Shown here piece after piece: positions 58,395 to 64,000 of a DNA stretch of 64,000 nucleotides. The position numbers were made by a program, and so were the translations under genes. Location of the stretch: contig JAUQYZ020000089.1 of NCBI GenBank assembly GCA_030587475.2, positions 1 through 64,000 of the forward strand, in the 5' to 3' direction. The notes below the pieces were generated by a model. The model worked only from the letters and a program-made list of their open reading frames with translations, did not search any database and was not told where the DNA came from. How positions within the stretch are numbered: position 1 is the stretch's first letter; the number at the start of each line of letters is the position of its first letter. Source of the DNA: Candidatus Sigynarchaeum calidifontis (GTDB lineage Archaea; Asgardarchaeota; Lokiarchaeia; Sigyniarchaeales; Sigyniarchaeaceae).

Positions 58395-60281
58395 ATGATC
58401 GATGATGATATCACTCGCGGGTTGAAGAATAAGGACGTGGCCGAGCGACGACGAATGGCAGCACTGCTCTGGGATCAGACAGCATTCGATTGGGCGAGTG
58501 AAAGGTCCGACCGCGATATCTCAAGGTACATTCCAGCCCTTGCTGAAGTTCTATACGATGAAGACGAGGAAATAAGGAAAATTGCGATGTCAGCGATATT
58601 TGCAGCGCAGCACGATGGTCAAGATGTCAAAGCTGCTATCCCGGCGATGCTTGCGGCCCTCGAAACAGGTGTGGAAAGTGGTCTCAAGAAAAACGCAGTG
58701 ATATTTCTCCGCAACGAGGTGGAAAAGGGCTTTGACCTTTCACCATACATCTCATTTTTCAAGCATTTGCTCGCCCCGTCTGGCCAAGATGACATCACCC
58801 TCGGCGCGGCGGATACCCTTGCCTTGTACTACATCAAGAATAAGGACTGGAAGAGCGTGGACGCGCTGCTCAGCCACGAGAACGTGGAGGTTCGCCAGGA
58901 GACCGTCGGCACCATCGATCATTACTACGCGAAGGGCATCCCGCAATCTACGATAGAGATAATCGTCGGCCTCTTATCGGATCCTGATGACGAGCTCCCC
59001 TTGGTCGCCGCCATGGCACTCGCGCCTCTCGCGCGCGGGATGAAGGACATCGAGCGGGTGGGAAACGTCTTTCTAGTCCATGCTCGCAGCACGGACGCGA
59101 AGCACTCGAAAACGGCGATCTCGGGCATCTCGAGGTTAGTCGAACGAGCCGTCTCGTGCAAAGATGGGCTCCCGCGGGCAGAATGGAAACCCCTTGCGCC
59201 GCTTCTCGATTTCTTGAAGGATCTATTGCAACACGCAGATAAGAAGTTGAACGAGATCGCTGCCAAGGTCTTGACCAAATACTATACGCACGCGGGCGAT
59301 TGGGAGGAGGTGAACAGGCTCTTGCACGATGCAAACCCCGAAATCCGGGCGGCAAGCCTTGATCACTTGTGTCGATGTAGCATCAGGGGCTGCAACATCG
59401 ATGCATCGCCCGCCATCCCCGCGATCGTCGATTTGCTGCCTGGCGACCAGGACACGTTGCGGATCGTCTCGAACCTCGTCCGAAACAAGAATTTACAGGT
59501 CTCGGTTCTAGATGCCGCGATAAGATCCGCCAAGCTGAGCGTGGACGAGGCATGGCCATATCTCGAGATCACGAGCCGCGCCTTGGGAAACATTGATTGG
59601 AACCAACATAATGCAAAGAAGGAACTTGATTCGCTAAGCAAGGGGAAGAAACTCTCGTATATCTTGAACATCGCCCGAACCCGGCAAGGCGAGGCGCGGC
59701 GCTGGGCGATCCACGAGATATATAATTTGCACACGTTCGACCACGTTTCCATTAGGAGGGCCATGCCGGATCTCGTGCACTTCTTGTCGGACGAGGACCC
59801 GTTCATCCGTGCAGAAGCTGCCACGGCGATCGGCCACATGACATCGCACTACGATACCAGCGCTGCGCTTCCACATCTGGCCCGGCTTCTCGCAGACCCC
59901 GCGAGCAAGATCCAGGAATGCGCGGCGATGGCCCTCGCAGCAATGGCAAACAAGGGGATCGATATCTCGGAAACGCTCGACGCGTTGGCATCCATGTTGC
60001 TTCGTTCCGCGAAGCAAGAGACAAGGGGACAAGCCGCGATCGCCTTCTACAACCTGGCGGAGAAAGGAAAGGACTTGACGAAATACCATGCAGCGATCGT
60101 GCAAGCCTTGAACGACACGTACCAGCCAGCCCGTGATCTCTGCACCTGGGCGATCACGCAATACATGATGAACGCACGCAATGCCCCGCACTTCCTCGAC
60201 TTGCTCGGCTCGGCCGGCATCAAGACATCGAGCGATGCTGCCCGCCAGGTACGCGAGAAGGCGAAATCCTTGTTGAAATGA
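58395..60281 (+). CDS. HEAT-repeat protein
   Basis: Repeated LL.D.D..VR..AA..L units. Confidence 0.85.
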   Translation: MIDDDITRGLKNKDVAERRRMAALLWDQTAFDWASERSDRDISRYIPALAEVLYDEDEEIRKIAMSAIFAAQHDGQDVKAAIPAMLAALETGVESGLKKNAVIFLRNEVEKGFDLSPYISFFKHLLAPSGQDDITLGAADTLALYYIKNKDWKSVDALLSHENVEVRQETVGTIDHYYAKGIPQSTIEIIVGLLSDPDDELPLVAAMALAPLARGMKDIERVGNVFLVHARSTDAKHSKTAISGISRLVERAVSCKDGLPRAEWKPLAPLLDFLKDLLQHADKKLNEIAAKVLTKYYTHAGDWEEVNRLLHDANPEIRAASLDHLCRCSIRGCNIDASPAIPAIVDLLPGDQDTLRIVSNLVRNKNLQVSVLDAAIRSAKLSVDEAWPYLEITSRALGNIDWNQHNAKKELDSLSKGKKLSYILNIARTRQGEARRWAIHEIYNLHTFDHVSIRRAMPDLVHFLSDEDPFIRAEAATAIGHMTSHYDTSAALPHLARLLADPASKIQECAAMALAAMANKGIDISETLDALASMLLRSAKQETRGQAAIAFYNLAEKGKDLTKYHAAIVQALNDTYQPARDLCTWAITQYMMNARNAPHFLDLLGSAGIKTSSDAARQVREKAKSLLK

Positions 60282-60322
60282 TTTTAGTCATATTCCTGGG
60301 CGCTTCAATCACGTGGGACGCA

Positions 60323-61345
60323 ATGAAGAGCACGACCAAGCCTGCCGTCACGACTGCCCAGATCCAGGCGCTCGTGAAGAAGCACTTCGGGAACGATGCC
60401 GTGGTCGCTGGCCAACGGGAGCTCACGGGCGGGTGGTTCAATGCCGCGTTCCGCGTCGAGATCCCCGCAAAAGGGCTCGACCTGGTCTTGAAAGTCGCGC
60501 CGGGTCCCGGTGCCAAGACATTCACGTACGAACAGAAGGCGATGGATACCGAGGTCGCCATGCTCCGCATGCTCGCGGGATATCCGGATATCCCGGTCCC
60601 GAAACTGCACGCCGTGGACTTTGACGGGGACATCGTGCCCAGCAAGTGCTTCTTCATGGACTTCCTCACCGGGGCGCCGTGGAACAAGATCAAGGGGCAA
60701 GTGAGCCGGGCCAACCACGCCACGCTTGAGAAGGAATTCGCGGCCATCCAGATGGCGATCAACGCGATCAAGGGGAACCATTTCGGCTTTATGGTACCGA
60801 ACGACGACGGCCGCATCAAGAAGGAGACGTGGTACGAGGCATTCTCCGAGCTCGTCGCCATCATCCTCGAGGACTACGCGAGGTACGGCGTCAAGGTGCC
60901 CGCCTTCGCCACGACGGCAGCCAGGCGGCTGCCCGAGTTCGAGCCGTCGTTCCGCGAGGTGAAGCAGCCGTCGCTTGTCCACTGGGATCTCTGGGAAGGA
61001 AACATCTTCCTGGAAAAACGTGGGGATGGGTACCACATACAAGGCATCACGGACTTCGAGCGGGCATTGTGGGCCGATCCCTACATCGAGGTCTCGTTCT
61101 GGACGCCGAAGCGGCACGCCGTTTTGGTCGACTGCTACGGGCGCGAGGCGTTCGAGGCACGCGACGTCCAGGTCCGCCGCGCGTTCTACGACTTGTACCT
61201 TTCCATGATTATGTATCTCGAGACGTGCACGCGGGGATATTCATGGCTGTTCAGCAAATCTATCGGGATTTACTCGATATTGCGGGCGCGGCAAGCCTGG
61301 CGGCAACTGGAACGAAAAAGCTTCGTTATGCTGGAACGGGAATGA
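60323..61345 (+). CDS. Aminoglycoside phosphotransferase/choline kinase family protein
   Basis: GGWFN, VLK, E, HWDLWEGN, TDFER, ADP. Confidence 0.9.
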   Translation: MKSTTKPAVTTAQIQALVKKHFGNDAVVAGQRELTGGWFNAAFRVEIPAKGLDLVLKVAPGPGAKTFTYEQKAMDTEVAMLRMLAGYPDIPVPKLHAVDFDGDIVPSKCFFMDFLTGAPWNKIKGQVSRANHATLEKEFAAIQMAINAIKGNHFGFMVPNDDGRIKKETWYEAFSELVAIILEDYARYGVKVPAFATTAARRLPEFEPSFREVKQPSLVHWDLWEGNIFLEKRGDGYHIQGITDFERALWADPYIEVSFWTPKRHAVLVDCYGREAFEARDVQVRRAFYDLYLSMIMYLETCTRGYSWLFSKSIGIYSILRARQAWRQLERKSFVMLERE

Positions 61346-61500
61346 TTCGTACCCTCTTGTTGCTATCTCCTTTGTTTTTTTGGATAAGCGCGTTAGCTCG
61401 AGCATGATCCCCCCCGAGCGGTGGCACGGACAGATATTTATTGGTTTATGCGATTATACATCTTGTAATTTGAAATTCGGAATGGAGCGCGAGACAAAAC

Positions 61501-63102
61501 ATGAAAAAAGACAAGAACCGCACATATTACTTCGTAATAGGTATTTTAGGGGTTATCATCTGCTTACCGGTATTGTGTTGTTTTTCGATGTCCTTGATTG
61601 GCAATTTAACCGCCAGCAGAGATATAGCGCATCAGATTCCACGGCCTTCCGGGGTCAATGATTATAAATTCGATTTCAACAAAACTTGGATATATCCGGG
61701 GGCTAGCGCAAATAAGCCATTTGCGATGGCAAGTGGCAGTGACGGACATGTTTATACGGTCGGTCATTTGGCGACCCCTGCATCGAGCTTCATTATTAAC
61801 GTTGCGAAATGGGACAAATTCGCAAATCTCGTGTGGAACAAGTCATGGAACATCGGATTCTACAACAGACCCTGGGACATCTTGTATTTAGAGCGCCCAA
61901 CATCGATAGGAGACGAGGTCTGGATTGTCGGGGAATTCTATCCATCGGGAAATGCAGACATCTTTTGGGCGAAATATGGCATAAATGGAACGTTTATGGG
62001 CAATTGGAGCTGGGGTGGACCAGGCGATGACGTTGGCGTTTGCCTAGATACCAATGGTGCCATCGATAGCTTCACGCTATGGGGTTATACCAACTCGTGG
62101 AAGGCGAAGATTCACATCCTCCAGATGACCATCCTGGCAAATGGCGCGGTCCATTTAAATCAAACGAAGGGGGACAACCTTTATGATTACACGTTGTGTG
62201 ATGCGACGTCGGTATTTTTCGCGGGTAGGAACGGCACTGATAATATCCTCGTCGGAAGATGGGATGGAACCCCATGGATGAAATCCATCACCTTCGGAAC
62301 AGGTATCTATGGGACGTGGATCGTGGCTGATTATCCGTCCTATGTTTACGTGTATGCATCGACATCGGATGCAAAGCCAAAGCTTGTCTGTTACAACGGA
62401 ACTGGTGTTTTCCAGTGGAGTAGGAGCTTCGAGACGACCTGGCTCTATACAAAGGCAATAGGAATAAAAATGGTAGGAAGCACGATATGGACACTCACGT
62501 CTGACGAAAAGAACATGGCAATTACCGCGTGGAGCACCTCCGGAACGAGTTTACGAAACATCACGAGGCTAGATACAGCCTACCACGAATCCTTTTGCTG
62601 GGCTTGGAGAAATAACGACATTTACGTGGGTTCTGCCTTGCGGACGAATGGACAAGAATTAGCAATCTATGCGGAGGACATCGATGGTGATGGGTTGGGC
62701 AAGGTAACAGAGGATCTTCTCGGTACCAGTGACACCAATCTTGACTCCGACGATGACACGATGCCCGATGCTTTCGAGGTGGCCAATCACCTCGATCCCG
62801 CGGATCCAACTGACAAGAAAGGTGACGCGGATGGAGATGGCTTGGCAAATTTCTTGGAATACGTGATCGGCACGAATGTTCTCGAAAAGGACACGGACTC
62901 TGACGGTTGGAGTGATAGGGACGAGCTCCTCGCTAACACGTCGCCTTTAGATCCCCTCGACCACCCGACAAGTACGGGGCCCGCTATCGACATGAACACC
63001 ATATACATCGCGGTTGGTTGTATCGCAGCGGGATTCGTGATCGGTATTATCATGGGCATTGCTGCCAAGAAAAAGAAGCAAGCCGGGAAGGAAAGGGAAT
63101 GA
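61501..63102 (+). CDS. Cell-surface protein: beta-propeller, DxDxDG Ca-binding (TSP3-like) repeats and C-terminal TM anchor
   Basis: WNKSW/WSWGG blades; DIDGDGL, DSDDDTM, DADGDGL, DTDSDGW; TM followed by KKKK. Confidence 0.8.
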   Translation: MKKDKNRTYYFVIGILGVIICLPVLCCFSMSLIGNLTASRDIAHQIPRPSGVNDYKFDFNKTWIYPGASANKPFAMASGSDGHVYTVGHLATPASSFIINVAKWDKFANLVWNKSWNIGFYNRPWDILYLERPTSIGDEVWIVGEFYPSGNADIFWAKYGINGTFMGNWSWGGPGDDVGVCLDTNGAIDSFTLWGYTNSWKAKIHILQMTILANGAVHLNQTKGDNLYDYTLCDATSVFFAGRNGTDNILVGRWDGTPWMKSITFGTGIYGTWIVADYPSYVYVYASTSDAKPKLVCYNGTGVFQWSRSFETTWLYTKAIGIKMVGSTIWTLTSDEKNMAITAWSTSGTSLRNITRLDTAYHESFCWAWRNNDIYVGSALRTNGQELAIYAEDIDGDGLGKVTEDLLGTSDTNLDSDDDTMPDAFEVANHLDPADPTDKKGDADGDGLANFLEYVIGTNVLEKDTDSDGWSDRDELLANTSPLDPLDHPTSTGPAIDMNTIYIAVGCIAAGFVIGIIMGIAAKKKKQAGKERE

Positions 63103-63341
63103 GCTTGTTTTCATCCTTTATTTTTTTGGTTCCATGGTTCGCCCAGCATTGAACGGGGCTCCTACACGATCGTGAAATAGCAATTTCTCGATTAACCTAT
63201 ATATCGAGATATGCGTGGCATTGCTTTATTGAGCTGCGTTGAAGTGCCATCACCAAGGTTTCTGTTGATCTTGCCATCCCCGAAACCTTATATCGCCTAC
63301 TTGCATGATGAAGACTTGATTGGAAAGGAAGTGAAAACATC

Positions 63342-63449
63342 ATGCCCTTCAGGCCCGTCAAAAATCCCAAGAGAAAAGCGAAGATGAAGCGCGCCAGGAG
63401 AGAGATCATCAAGCGCCACGATTTCGTGATGAAGAGCCAGGCGAAGTAA
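63342..63449 (+). CDS. 35-aa highly basic small protein, below the ORF-track cutoff
   Basis: MPFRPVKNPKRKAKMKRARREIIKRHDFVMKSQAK; GGAAGTGA RBS-like motif upstream, T-rich tract downstream. Confidence 0.55.
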   Translation: MPFRPVKNPKRKAKMKRARREIIKRHDFVMKSQAK

Positions 63450-63630
63450 CACGGCACGATTTCCACGATCCAGTCATCATCGTTTTTATTTCGGCCATTA
63501 TCTCTATATTAATAGCCCTTTGTTTCTTTCTTTCGTTTTCCCACGTAACTGCGCTTTCAATTTCCTCGCCTGTTCGCTACACGCGAACGGCTGACAACGG
63601 AAGCAAAAAAGAAAAAAAGTCGATGAACCT

Positions 63631-64000
63631 TCAATCCTTGTATTTCAGAGCGGAGATCGTCCACAAGAATAAATCCAAGCCAGCAATGGCCAGCGCTACG
63701 GGGTATACGTATTGGATACTCTCGGGATCCACGGGGCTGATGGCGAAGGCCACCGACACGCCAAGCAGCATCACGAGGAGGGCCGTGACGAGCTTTGCCG
63801 TCGCGTCCTGGCCGATGCCGCGACGTGGTATGTCCGGAAATCCCTTCGGATATTGAATACCCTCCCCCACGTGCACGACTCGCGTCCAGAAATAACCGAG
63901 GGCAAAGCCGGTTATGAATTCGGGCAATCCAGAGATGAATTGCGCCGTCATCCCGTATTGATACAAGTAAATCATCGTCCAGAAAGCAAAGATGAATATT
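63631..64000 (-). CDS. Membrane protein, C-terminal part (5' end outside the window)
   Basis: Frame is open to the window edge; 3-4 TM segments. Confidence 0.65.
   Translation of the reverse strand, partial: IFIFAFWTMIYLYQYGMTAQFISGLPEFITGFALGYFWTRVVHVGEGIQYPKGFPDIPRRGIGQDATAKLVTALLVMLLGVSVAFAISPVDPESIQYVYPVALAIAGLDLFLWTISALKYKD

Noticed and set aside
1-64000. rRNA, tRNA (including tRNA-Sec), CRISPR arrays, IS elements, and the many long antisense ORFs in the track
   Set aside because: No RNA gene, array or transposase was recognised by eye; the antisense ORFs mirror well-supported genes.

Overview
This is a gene-dense archaeal window of roughly 50-55% GC (visual estimate), most likely from an Asgard archaeon of the Lokiarchaeia/Sigynarchaeia type. 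That placement is inferred from an archaeal uS15, a 7TM-longin/roadblock fusion, a Rag/Arf-like small GTPase, LRR/TPR/HEAT proteins and a vWA-PHD protein. It carries many glycan- and small-molecule catabolic genes (GH29, GH127, GHL15-like, two PIG-L deacetylases, two DUF1624-like membrane proteins, a ThDP enzyme, an acyl-CoA ligase, alanine dehydrogenase), a DsrE/TusA pair, a XerA-like recombinase and an ArsR-associated thiol/redox cluster at 49.2-53.9 kb. Two things stand out. (1) Inside the ArsR cluster there is a small ORF missed by the ORF track (51031-51294) with two consecutive in-frame TGA codons right after a Cys (PGC-U-U). It is followed 3' of its TAA stop by a eukaryote-like SECIS hairpin (ATGA-N11-AAA...GA, kink-turn), which makes it a candidate tandem-selenocysteine selenoprotein. 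(2) A transaldolase / beta-hydroxyacid reductase / fucose-isomerase-like operon (7235-10126) carries the sulfonate-binding signatures of the sulfofructose-transaldolase route of sulfoquinovose degradation. Several other short unannotated ORFs and gene remnants are also described. I saw no rRNA, tRNA, CRISPR array or IS element. All family assignments come from motif recognition and memory; no database searches were run.
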